Shown piece by piece: positions 18,448 through 26,299 of a stretch of 52,683 nt of DNA. The DNA comes from a virus. Taxonomy: Duplodnaviria > Caudoviricetes. The notes beneath the pieces were generated by a model. The model was not told where the DNA came from. It ran no database searches and worked only from the letters and a program-made list of their open reading frames with translations. Every line of letters starts with the position of its first letter. Position 1 is the stretch's first letter. Location: IMG/VR virus record IMGVR_UViG_3300034008_000022, positions 1-52,683 of that record, one strand, 5' to 3'. The translations under genes were made by a program, and so were the position numbers.

Positions 18448-18602
18448 TGACCGTGGCCGCTGCGCACGCGACCACCTGCCCCTGCCGGCTGGCGCAGATC
18501 GCGATCGACCAGCACGCCTACGCGGTCCTGCGGGACTGCCCCACCTTCGAGGCACTCACCGCGCTGTTCACCGGCCCACCGCCACGCAAGGAGACCACCT
18601 GA
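18447..18602 (+). CDS. 51-aa micro-protein (H..CPC...C)
   Basis: TGATG overlaps at both ends. Confidence 0.55.
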   Translation: MTVAAAHATTCPCRLAQIAIDQHAYAVLRDCPTFEALTALFTGPPPRKETT

Positions 18603-20041
18603 TGCCCACCACAGCCGAGAAGATCCTCGCCCTCGCCAAGTCCCAGGTCGGCGTCAAGGAAGGTCGCTCAGGTGGACGCGGGAACAACAACACCCGCTAC
18701 GCCGACGAGGTGCCCGGCCTGGAGTGGGCCGACTTCCAACCCTGGTGCGCCACGTTCGTCTCGTGGCTCGCGCTCAAGTCCGGCATCGCGGCGCTCTACC
18801 CGCGCACCGCCTCGTGCGACGTGGCCGGGTCCTGGTTCAAGAAGGCCGGCCGCTGGTCGGAGTACCCCGCTGTCGGCGCGCAGGTGTTCTACGGCTACCC
18901 GCACGACCTCAACCACACCGGCATCGTGGTCAGCTTCGACGCCGACTCGATCACCACGATCGAGGGCAACACCAACGACGACGGTGGCCGTGAGGGTGAC
19001 GGGGTGTACCTCCGGAAGCGTCTGCGCCGCGGGAAGAACGTCATCGGCTACGGCTACCCGCGCTTCCCTGAGGGGATCGTCTCTGCGGACCCGAAGTGGA
19101 GCAAGGCCCCCGCGCCGACCCCGAAGCCGCCGGTGACCGCACCGCCCGTCACTGCCCCACCCTCGACGGTCGGGTTCAAGCTCGGCCGGATCGACTTCAC
19201 CGACTGGTCCCACTGGAACACCGTCGGCCCGGCCGGTCTCCGAACCTCCGTGGGCTCAGGGCTGTGCGGCACGTACCACAAGGCCACGCAGGGGCTCGGC
19301 TTCACCGACGGCGACTACATCGAGCGCCGGGCATGGATCCGCGAGATCACCCAGCACGGCGCATACCACTTCGCCGAGCCGCTGGTGTCCAACGGCGAGA
19401 TCCAGGCCCGCTACTTCCTCGACTTCGCCAAGGTCGAGGGCGGCGACCTCCGCCCGATGCTCGACCTGGAGGGCGACAAGTACCGCGGCAACATGAGTCG
19501 CGCCGCGCTCACCAAGTGGGTCGGCCAGTTCGTCAACGAGGTCAAGCGGAAGCTGGGCGTCGCCCCCTGGATCTACACCACCTGGGACCTCGACGACAAC
19601 TTCGGCTGCCCACTGTGGGTGCCGCGCTACAACGACGCGATGAAGCTGCCCCGCGTCCCCGAGCCGTGGGCCACCTTCGACGCCTGGCAGTTCTCCAACG
19701 GCCACGACGGCAAGCCCAACCGGATGCCGGGCTTCTCCGGCGTCCCGCTCGACCTGAACACCTTCAACGGCGACCCCGCCGCGATGATCCGCCGCTTCAC
19801 CCTCGGCACACCCACACTGGAAGAGGACGACATGACCCCCGCACAGATGGACCAGCTGCTCACCAAGGTGCAGACCATGATCGACACCGCGATCGACAAG
19901 CGCGTCGGCGACGTCGTACCGATCCCGGCGAACCTCGAGGGCGTGTGGAAGGAAGGCAACGACGAGCTGACCGTCGCGTCCGCGCTGTCCTACATCATGT
20001 CCAAGGTCGGCGCACCGGCCGGGGAGCAGCCGGGAAAATAG
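18602..20041 (+). CDS. Endolysin: CHAP peptidase/amidase + GH25 muramidase + C-terminal helical domain
   Basis: PWCATFVSW, HTGIV, TIEGNT (CHAP); D.SHW, KATQG, GAYHF, LDLE, WQFS, DLN (GH25). Confidence 0.93.
   Translation: MPTTAEKILALAKSQVGVKEGRSGGRGNNNTRYADEVPGLEWADFQPWCATFVSWLALKSGIAALYPRTASCDVAGSWFKKAGRWSEYPAVGAQVFYGYPHDLNHTGIVVSFDADSITTIEGNTNDDGGREGDGVYLRKRLRRGKNVIGYGYPRFPEGIVSADPKWSKAPAPTPKPPVTAPPVTAPPSTVGFKLGRIDFTDWSHWNTVGPAGLRTSVGSGLCGTYHKATQGLGFTDGDYIERRAWIREITQHGAYHFAEPLVSNGEIQARYFLDFAKVEGGDLRPMLDLEGDKYRGNMSRAALTKWVGQFVNEVKRKLGVAPWIYTTWDLDDNFGCPLWVPRYNDAMKLPRVPEPWATFDAWQFSNGHDGKPNRMPGFSGVPLDLNTFNGDPAAMIRRFTLGTPTLEEDDMTPAQMDQLLTKVQTMIDTAIDKRVGDVVPIPANLEGVWKEGNDELTVASALSYIMSKVGAPAGEQPGK
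19823..19834 (+). promoter_or_regulatory. Putative in-frame internal translation start of endolysin (GAGGA...ATG 19832), 69-aa C-terminal product
   Basis: EEDDM coded by gaagaggacgacATG right after the GH25 domain. Confidence 0.6.
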
Positions 20042-20079
20042 ATCCGCCGGCCGAGCCCACACCTGGGCCTGGCACGGCG
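20032..20079 (+). promoter_or_regulatory. Putative -1 frameshift signal: G_GGA_AAA + stop + stimulatory hairpin
   Basis: Heptamer 20032-20038 in phase, TAG 20039-41, hairpin 20045-20079. Confidence 0.75.
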
Positions 20080-20859
20080 ATCTACCGCAGCCTGCACGCG
20101 AACGTCCAGCAGACGGATTCGCCTGCGGTCGCCGCGCAGCTGATCTCGGTGCTGCTCGAGCCGGTCAACCCGGCCGAGGTCCCCGATGTGGTCGTGCTCA
20201 ACGAGCTCGGCACGCTGGCCCTGCAGACCCACGTCCGTCGGCTCATGTCCGAGCGGGTCCCCGACGTCTGGGCGTCCGCGAAGTGGCACAGCGACGGCAG
20301 CCGCGTCGACGACCGCGACGCCGTGATGATCGTGTGGCGCGCCGAGGTCTTCCAGTACATCCGAGAGACGATCGAGATCCTGCACGGCGGCAAGTCCGGC
20401 GTCACTCCCACCCGGGTGGTGCGGCGGGTCCTGCTCGAGCACCGCGCCACCAGGAAACGGGTGTGGAGACAGGGCACGCACACCGTGCACGGCGTCGAGC
20501 GCAACGGCGTCGCGTTCTCGGTCATCCCTGGCCAGCTCGACCGCGCCGAGGTCGCGTTCCCGAGGATCGCGGCCGACGTGCTGGAGGCGGCCGTCACGGC
20601 ACCCGTCGAAGGGTCCGGTGACCTCAACGTCGACGCCCTCGCCGAGGCGAAGCTGCCACCGGCGAAGCGCACGCCGTGGTTCCCGATGAACACCATCGGC
20701 AAGGTCGCCGCGTTCGCGAACCCGCCGAGGGGGACGCACGGCAACCGGTGCATCGACCAGCGGTGGATCCGCGGCCGCATCCGGGTCCTGTCGATAGCGG
20801 TGCTGCCGAAGCGGAGCTCGGACCACAACCCCGTGCTCGCCATCGTCGAACTCACCTGA
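20032..20859 (+). CDS. EEP (endonuclease/exonuclease/phosphatase) domain, probably translated as a frameshift fusion to the endolysin C-terminus
   Basis: HAN, PDVVVLNE, TH, GDLN, ID, SDHNPV motifs; -1 frame relative to endolysin; no start codon between the stop and the first motif. Confidence 0.8.
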   Translation, partial: GKIDPPAEPTPGPGTAIYRSLHANVQQTDSPAVAAQLISVLLEPVNPAEVPDVVVLNELGTLALQTHVRRLMSERVPDVWASAKWHSDGSRVDDRDAVMIVWRAEVFQYIRETIEILHGGKSGVTPTRVVRRVLLEHRATRKRVWRQGTHTVHGVERNGVAFSVIPGQLDRAEVAFPRIAADVLEAAVTAPVEGSGDLNVDALAEAKLPPAKRTPWFPMNTIGKVAAFANPPRGTHGNRCIDQRWIRGRIRVLSIAVLPKRSSDHNPVLAIVELT

Positions 20860-20870
20860 GGAGAACCATC

Positions 20871-21083
20871 GTGACGTCTGACGCTAATCCGACCCCCGTC
20901 CCTGCTCCCGCCTCGAGGTTGAGAGCCGCAGCGAGGGACGCCGAGGGTCTGCTCGTGGTGTTCGACTGCCTCGTGCGCGCCATCCTGCACGCAGACCCCG
21001 ACAAGGAGCCAGACGTCCTCGCCCGCCTCAAGCGCGAAGCGTCGGCCTATCACGAGTCGCTGCACGAATCCAACCTTCCGTGA
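20871..21083 (+). CDS. Hypothetical protein
   Basis: GAGGAG SD before GTG. Confidence 0.65.
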   Translation: MTSDANPTPVPAPASRLRAAARDAEGLLVVFDCLVRAILHADPDKEPDVLARLKREASAYHESLHESNLP

Positions 21084-21517
21084 GCGTCATCTCCCACCGC
21101 CGCGCGATCCGGGCGGCCCGCCGCGACGACCACGTCGAGGCCGTCGCCGACGCCTGGCTCAGGGTCCCTCACCACGAGCGGGTGGCCTTCCAGGAGCGCT
21201 ACGAGGACCTCCACGCGGCCGTCTCCCGCCTGTCCGCCCACCAGCACGCCACCACCCACCGAAGGAGCATCACCGTGTCCTCACCGCTCACCCCCGGGAC
21301 GCCTGTCGTCAAGGACGACCCAGCCAAGCCCTACAAGGCCTTCGCGGCCGCGCTCCTGGCGTTCCTGCTCGTCGCCGTCCGCGACTACTTCGCAGGTGCC
21401 GACGAGATCGCCTGGGAGGGGTTGCTGGCCAGCGTCCTGTCCGGGCTCGTGACCTTCCTGGTGACCTACTTCACCAAGAACCCGAAGGTCACCACCACCA
21501 CGAGCCGAGAGGTCTGA
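21080..21517 (+). CDS. Holin-like 2-TM protein (second in-frame start at 21275)
   Basis: KA.AAA..TM..W..TM..VTY...N pattern; AAGGAG SD before GTG 21275. Confidence 0.7.
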   Translation: MSVISHRRAIRAARRDDHVEAVADAWLRVPHHERVAFQERYEDLHAAVSRLSAHQHATTHRRSITVSSPLTPGTPVVKDDPAKPYKAFAAALLAFLLVAVRDYFAGADEIAWEGLLASVLSGLVTFLVTYFTKNPKVTTTTSREV

Positions 21518-21518
21518 C

Positions 21519-21929
21519 ATGCCTGGAGAAGCGAGCACCACGGGAGCCGGCATCGCACTGGACGCGATGACCGGCCGCGCCACACAGACCGCCCGCACCA
21601 CCTACCTCGCGCTGCTGTCGGCGGCCCCGACGGACTCGACCACGGTGGCCACGATGAGCGAGGTCACCACCGCTGGCTACGGCGGGCGGAAGGCGGTCAC
21701 CTGGAGCGCGCCCACGGGTGATCCTCAGGTCACCTCGAACACCAACGCGATGACCTTCGGTGCGTTCACCGCAGACCCGCCGTCGGTCGGCTGGCTGGCG
21801 CTGGTGTCCTCGGCGTCCGGCACCACCGGGGACCTCATCTACTTCTGGACCGTCGACTCGGCCCGCGACGCTGCGATCGGGGACAGCATCACCGTTGCCG
21901 TTGGCGCGGTCTCGATGTCGCTCGACTGA
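21519..21929 (+). CDS. Virion structural/fibre-associated protein
   Basis: YLAL..A.P....EV...GY..R.AV.W motif common in phage fibre subunits. Confidence 0.65.
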   Translation: MPGEASTTGAGIALDAMTGRATQTARTTYLALLSAAPTDSTTVATMSEVTTAGYGGRKAVTWSAPTGDPQVTSNTNAMTFGAFTADPPSVGWLALVSSASGTTGDLIYFWTVDSARDAAIGDSITVAVGAVSMSLD

Positions 21930-21984
21930 CCCGAGGCGCCACCCCCGCAGCATTCGGTGAACGAAGACCCGTAGGAGGCTTCCG

Positions 21985-23760
21985 GTGACTGTCTCCTACG
22001 GGGCGTTCGGCACGGTCTCCCACGGGACCGCGTCGTGCACACCCGCGTATCCGTCGCCGACCGCTGGGCAGGGCCTGTTCCTGCTCGTCGCGTTCGCGGA
22101 AGCCACCGGCACCCTCCCAGACACCCCCGCAGGATGGACGCTGCTCGGGTCGTCCTACGGCGGTGGTGGCACGTTCGGTGCCGACGCCGGCCCCCGTGGT
22201 GTGGCCTGGTATCGGCGAGACGCCGACGCGACCGGTTCCGAAGGCACCACCACGCTCACAGTGACCGCCGCCGGATCAGCGACCGGTCGAGCGATCAGCG
22301 GCTACATCGTGTCGATGACGAAGACGCTCGCCGCATGGCAGACATGGGTCGGTGCCAGCGCGGACACTACCGCCGGCACCGGCTACTCGACGACGATCAG
22401 CCCGGTCGAGCAGGGCCAGGCCGGTGACATCGCCCTGCTCGGGACGGCGTGGATCCCGGACACGGTCACCCAGTCCGCGCCGACCCTGTCCTGGACGGGC
22501 TACGGCGGCGCGATCACCGGCCGCACCGCCGCCGCGAACACCCAGGGCAACAACGTCCGCATCATCCTCCAGTCCGCGACGGTCACGGGGACCAGCTCGG
22601 GGAATGTCGTGTTCGGGATGACCGCGTCGGCGGCGTCGACCGGTGCGACCGCGATGCTGCTGATCCGGGACGCGGCCACCGTCGAAGCGACACTCACCGC
22701 GGCCGGGGCGGGCACCTCAGCCGGTGCCGCCGCGATCGAGCTCACGCTCGGAGCGGTGATTCACCACGTCGCCGCTACGGGAACGACGGCGACGACCGGC
22801 GCAGCCTCGATCGCCCGCGACCTTGTCCTCGCGGCGAGCGGCGCGGGAACGGCGGTGGGCTCGGCGGCCATCGTGCTCGAGGCGCGCACCTACTCGCTGG
22901 CCGCTGCCGGCGCAGGCGCGAGCACAGGCTCGGCCAGCGTCACCCGACTGGCCGGCGTGACCGCCGCTGGGACCGGAGTGACCATCGGCTCGGCCGCGAT
23001 CGCCCTCGGCGCCGTCACGCGCCAGATCACCAGCGCGGCCACAGGCGTCACCTCCGGGACCGCCGCACTCACCCGGCAGACCACCCTGGCCGCGATCGGC
23101 GCATCCACCGCGTCCGGCACGGCTACGATCGCCCGGCAGCTGCCGCTGGCCGCGTCCGGTGCCCAAGCCGCCACCGGGGCCGCGACGATCGCGCGCACCG
23201 CCGCTCTCACCGCAGCCGGCGCCGGAGTCAGCAGCGGCTCGGCGGCCATCACGATCGCTGCTGTGGCGCACGCCGTGACCGCATCCGGTACGGCGACCTC
23301 GACGGGGTCTGCGGCCATCACCCGGTCGGCAGCCGTCACCGGCGCAGGCGCGAGCACCCCGACCGGCACGGCCGCACTGTCCATGGTCACGGCCCATCAG
23401 GTCACCGCGAGCTCGGCCAGCGTCACCACCGGAGCGACAGCCGTCACCCGCGCGGCCGCGCTCACAGCGACTGCGGCGTCCACCAGCAGCGGCACGGCGA
23501 TCCTGGCGGGCACCGTCGCCCTCACCGCATCCGCCGCGGCCCAGCTGGCCGGAGACGCCTCGCTAGCCATTCTCCTGGCCGTCACTGCGGACGGCGCAGG
23601 CTCGACCGGTGGAGAGGCCGCGGTCACAGCGGCCACCCTCCGCGACGTCACCGTGCTCTCGATCCGCGAGGTCACCCGCCCCTTCACCGTGGCCGACCGC
23701 AGCCGCAGCGTCACCGTCACCGACCGGCAGCGCGTCGTCGGCATCCGCCTGATCCCGTGA
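21985..23760 (+). CDS. Ala/Thr/Gly-rich repeat fibre protein
   Basis: About 15 repeats of 20-23 aa (L.A.G.G...G.A.I); AGGAGG SD. Confidence 0.7.
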   Translation: MTVSYGAFGTVSHGTASCTPAYPSPTAGQGLFLLVAFAEATGTLPDTPAGWTLLGSSYGGGGTFGADAGPRGVAWYRRDADATGSEGTTTLTVTAAGSATGRAISGYIVSMTKTLAAWQTWVGASADTTAGTGYSTTISPVEQGQAGDIALLGTAWIPDTVTQSAPTLSWTGYGGAITGRTAAANTQGNNVRIILQSATVTGTSSGNVVFGMTASAASTGATAMLLIRDAATVEATLTAAGAGTSAGAAAIELTLGAVIHHVAATGTTATTGAASIARDLVLAASGAGTAVGSAAIVLEARTYSLAAAGAGASTGSASVTRLAGVTAAGTGVTIGSAAIALGAVTRQITSAATGVTSGTAALTRQTTLAAIGASTASGTATIARQLPLAASGAQAATGAATIARTAALTAAGAGVSSGSAAITIAAVAHAVTASGTATSTGSAAITRSAAVTGAGASTPTGTAALSMVTAHQVTASSASVTTGATAVTRAAALTATAASTSSGTAILAGTVALTASAAAQLAGDASLAILLAVTADGAGSTGGEAAVTAATLRDVTVLSIREVTRPFTVADRSRSVTVTDRQRVVGIRLIP

Positions 23761-23783
23761 TCGTCCTGCAGAGGGAGCCGTCC

Positions 23784-24053
23784 ATGATCCTGAGCCCCTA
23801 CGCCCGCGAGTGGTATCGAGTCGAGATCGCCACCGAGCCGGCCGTCGCCACCTGGGAGGCCTCCTTCGACGGCGGCACCACCTGGGAGGACCAGACGCTC
23901 ATCGAGGGCCTGCCCGCCTGGCTCATCGCCGGCACCAACGCCGACCCGGGGGCCGCGGTCGCCGTGCTCGCCGGGTCCGTCGCGCCCCTGCTCCGCGCCG
24001 TCGACACCCCCGAGATCGTCGTCCGCGAGGGCCCGAAGATCTACGTCCAGTGA
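23784..24053 (+). CDS. Small structural/adaptor protein
   Basis: GGAG SD; SFDGGTTW motif; lies in the fibre cassette. Confidence 0.6.
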   Translation: MILSPYAREWYRVEIATEPAVATWEASFDGGTTWEDQTLIEGLPAWLIAGTNADPGAAVAVLAGSVAPLLRAVDTPEIVVREGPKIYVQ

Positions 24054-24092
24054 CCTGCTCAGCCTGATGCACGGCCTACCCGAGGAGCCCCC

Positions 24093-25562
24093 GTGGCGAT
24101 AGACCCGGCACCCGAGATCGAGTTCCCGTTCACCATGAACCGCACTGTGGGCGCGGCCGGCCACCCTCAGGCGCACAACAAGCTTGAGTTCAAGGTCAAC
24201 GAGCTCGCCGAAGGTGTCGCGGGAATGGCGCCCGCAATCATCGCGGGTCGGAACGCTCGAGTGGCCTTCCTTGACGACCAGCCGGGCGTGCCGCTCAACG
24301 GAACCACCGAGTGCAGTGCTGCGATCCAGTCGGCCATCAACGCGGCCGAGGCGGCGGGACTGACTCTCGTCGCAGGCCGACGCACCTACGTCACGAACAA
24401 CACCCTCACGTTCAAGAAGTCAATGGACTTCTACGAGGCGACCATCGCCTACGCCGGGGTCGGCACCGCCGTCGTCATCGGTGACACCACCAACGGCATC
24501 AGCCGACAGAACATCCGCGTCGGACGTATCGTCAACACCAGCAAGGTCGTCGGCTCCTTCACCGAAGTTGCCGGATCCATTGGCGTGCAGATCGTCGACA
24601 CCAACAAGAGTCTCCTGTTCGTCAAGTCGGTCACCAAGTTCGAGGCCGGGATCGAGATGCTCGGTCACGCGCGAGGGACCGCCTACGACCAGGTATTCAT
24701 AGGCGAGCTGGTCAGCAACAAGATCAACATGCGATTCGCCACCGGCACCTCGGCTGGCTATACGAATGGCAACCAGATCTACGGCGGATCATGGAATCAT
24801 GATCAGACCGAATGCGGCGGCGCAAACGTTGCCGACACCCGGCACGTCCTGATGACATCGTCAACCCCCGGCCCGGTCGCGGACACAAACACGTTCTACA
24901 CCTGCTCATTCGAGGGCAACGTGGCCGAATACTTCCTCGAGTCTTACGGCAAGATGAACGCCTTCCGTGACTGCCGCTGGGAAGCCACATCGCCGAAGAT
25001 CTGGTGGCGGGCCGACTCCTATGGCAACGCCGTCCGTGATGGCTACAAGCCCGAGCTGTTGACCATCACCAACGAAGGCGACTACACCAACGTCGTGACC
25101 TGGCCCGCATCCGGCGACATCGCCGAGATCGTGATCCACCCTCACGAGATGTACGCCGCAGTCGGGTCACCAACCCTCGGCACGATCCTGCGGCACCCTG
25201 TGGTGAACACCGTCAACGGTGGAACGGAAGTGCTCGCCTTCACTGCACGACTGCCCCTGAACTGGCACACCTACGATGTCGACATCCACATCGCGCACGA
25301 CGTCACCGGTGGCACGGGCACCATCTCCTGGACGTGGCGGCCCTCATTCAACGGCACCGGCGACACCCTCGCTCAACCGACCGGGAGTACTTCATCGGCC
25401 ATCACAGCGGTGTCGGCCCAAAAGGTCAAGAAGGTCATGCCCGTAGTGACCGCCCAGACCGCCTCACCCGGTAAACAACTGACCGCGAACATTTTCGCGG
25501 GCGGTGGCACATTCAGTGGATCGATGGGGGTCCTTGCCGTAGTCCTCCGTCGCCGCAGCTAA
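24093..25562 (+). CDS. Second tailspike-like beta-rich protein
   Basis: AIQSAINAA motif, Asn/Gly-rich strands, GAGGAG SD; visibly more A/T-ending codons. Confidence 0.65.
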   Translation: MAIDPAPEIEFPFTMNRTVGAAGHPQAHNKLEFKVNELAEGVAGMAPAIIAGRNARVAFLDDQPGVPLNGTTECSAAIQSAINAAEAAGLTLVAGRRTYVTNNTLTFKKSMDFYEATIAYAGVGTAVVIGDTTNGISRQNIRVGRIVNTSKVVGSFTEVAGSIGVQIVDTNKSLLFVKSVTKFEAGIEMLGHARGTAYDQVFIGELVSNKINMRFATGTSAGYTNGNQIYGGSWNHDQTECGGANVADTRHVLMTSSTPGPVADTNTFYTCSFEGNVAEYFLESYGKMNAFRDCRWEATSPKIWWRADSYGNAVRDGYKPELLTITNEGDYTNVVTWPASGDIAEIVIHPHEMYAAVGSPTLGTILRHPVVNTVNGGTEVLAFTARLPLNWHTYDVDIHIAHDVTGGTGTISWTWRPSFNGTGDTLAQPTGSTSSAITAVSAQKVKKVMPVVTAQTASPGKQLTANIFAGGGTFSGSMGVLAVVLRRRS

Positions 25563-25579
25563 CTACCCCCCAATACCGA

Positions 25580-25616
25580 CGCCCCCGCTTCGCCCATCCG
25601 GGTTGGAGCGGGGGCG
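25580..25616. terminator. GC-rich hairpin between convergent genes
   Basis: CGCCCCCGCT/AGCGGGGGCG inverted repeat. Confidence 0.75.
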
Positions 25617-25628
25617 CTTCGTGCGTTG

Positions 25629-25964
25629 TCAGGTGAGGACCATCGCCCACAAGAAGGCGAACAGCACCGACCCGACCACGATCCGCAGACCGTGCTCGCT
25701 CCGGTTGATCTGCGTCAGTCCCAGAATGAATCCCAGCAGGGGGAACAGCACCGCGAACATGTAGCCGGCGATCACCACCTGAGAGACGGGCTCCCTCGCC
25801 TGCCGCTGCCTTGACGGCTGGTGCTTCAGCGGATCGCGCGGCCTCAGCAACGGTGCCGGACGTGCCTTCTCGGTCCATTCGTCGCCGTCCCAGAAGCGCT
25901 GCCGGTCAGCGTCGGTCGGATCCTCATACCAGCCCGGCACGCCCGCTTCCCCGAGCTTCATCAT
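25629..25964 (-). CDS. DUF2510-domain membrane protein
   Basis: PGWYEDP...RFWDG.EWT followed by two TM segments. Confidence 0.85.
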   Translation of the reverse strand: MMKLGEAGVPGWYEDPTDADRQRFWDGDEWTEKARPAPLLRPRDPLKHQPSRQRQAREPVSQVVIAGYMFAVLFPLLGFILGLTQINRSEHGLRIVVGSVLFAFLWAMVLT

Positions 25965-26056
25965 GCGATCCCCCGTCGTGAGGCGGTGACCGTATCACCG
26001 CAGCTACCGGTCAACGACCGACCGGCTCGGAGGTCACGGGCGGGCGGCCTGTCATT

Positions 26057-26286
26057 GTGTGTCAGTTAGTGAACAGGCACCTGGCCGGATAAGCAACCAC
26101 AGCGGCTGATCGTGCAGGTCAAACATGGTGGGGCGGACGCGACTCGAACGCGTGACCTAAGGATTATGAGTCCTCCGTAAGCGTACCCTTGACACGCTGG
26201 CTGACCGTAAACGCTCAGGTCAGAGGCCGTACGTCACGCACCGGAGTAGCGCCGAGCATTGTGCGTTAGTGTGTCACTTGGTGAAC
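26057..26286. repeat. Putative integrase arm-type sites flanking attP core
   Basis: GTGTGTCAGTTAGTGAAC (26057) and GTGTGTCACTTGGTGAAC (26269), 16/18 identical direct repeat. Confidence 0.6.
26126..26175 (-). other. attP: attP core: 3' half of a CAT-anticodon tRNA (Ile2/Met)
   Basis: Minus strand GAGGA-CTCATAA-TCCTT...ACGCG-TTCGAGT-CGCGT-CCGCCCC-A-CCA; no 5' half; adjacent to integrase. Confidence 0.85.
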
Positions 26287-26299
26287 CAAGGAGGAACGC

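Noticed and set aside
20021-20026. GGGGAG as an SD-type frameshift stimulator
   Set aside because: Only 5 nt from the heptamer, shorter than the ~10 nt of dnaX-type stimulators; not counted as evidence
19096-20031. N-terminal ~310 aa of the 587-aa ORF 19096..20859
   Set aside because: Arg/Pro-rich shadow frame of the endolysin; only the part after the slip site looks like protein
26126-26175. Functional tRNA gene
   Set aside because: Only the anticodon arm to CCA is present; no D-arm or 5' acceptor strand
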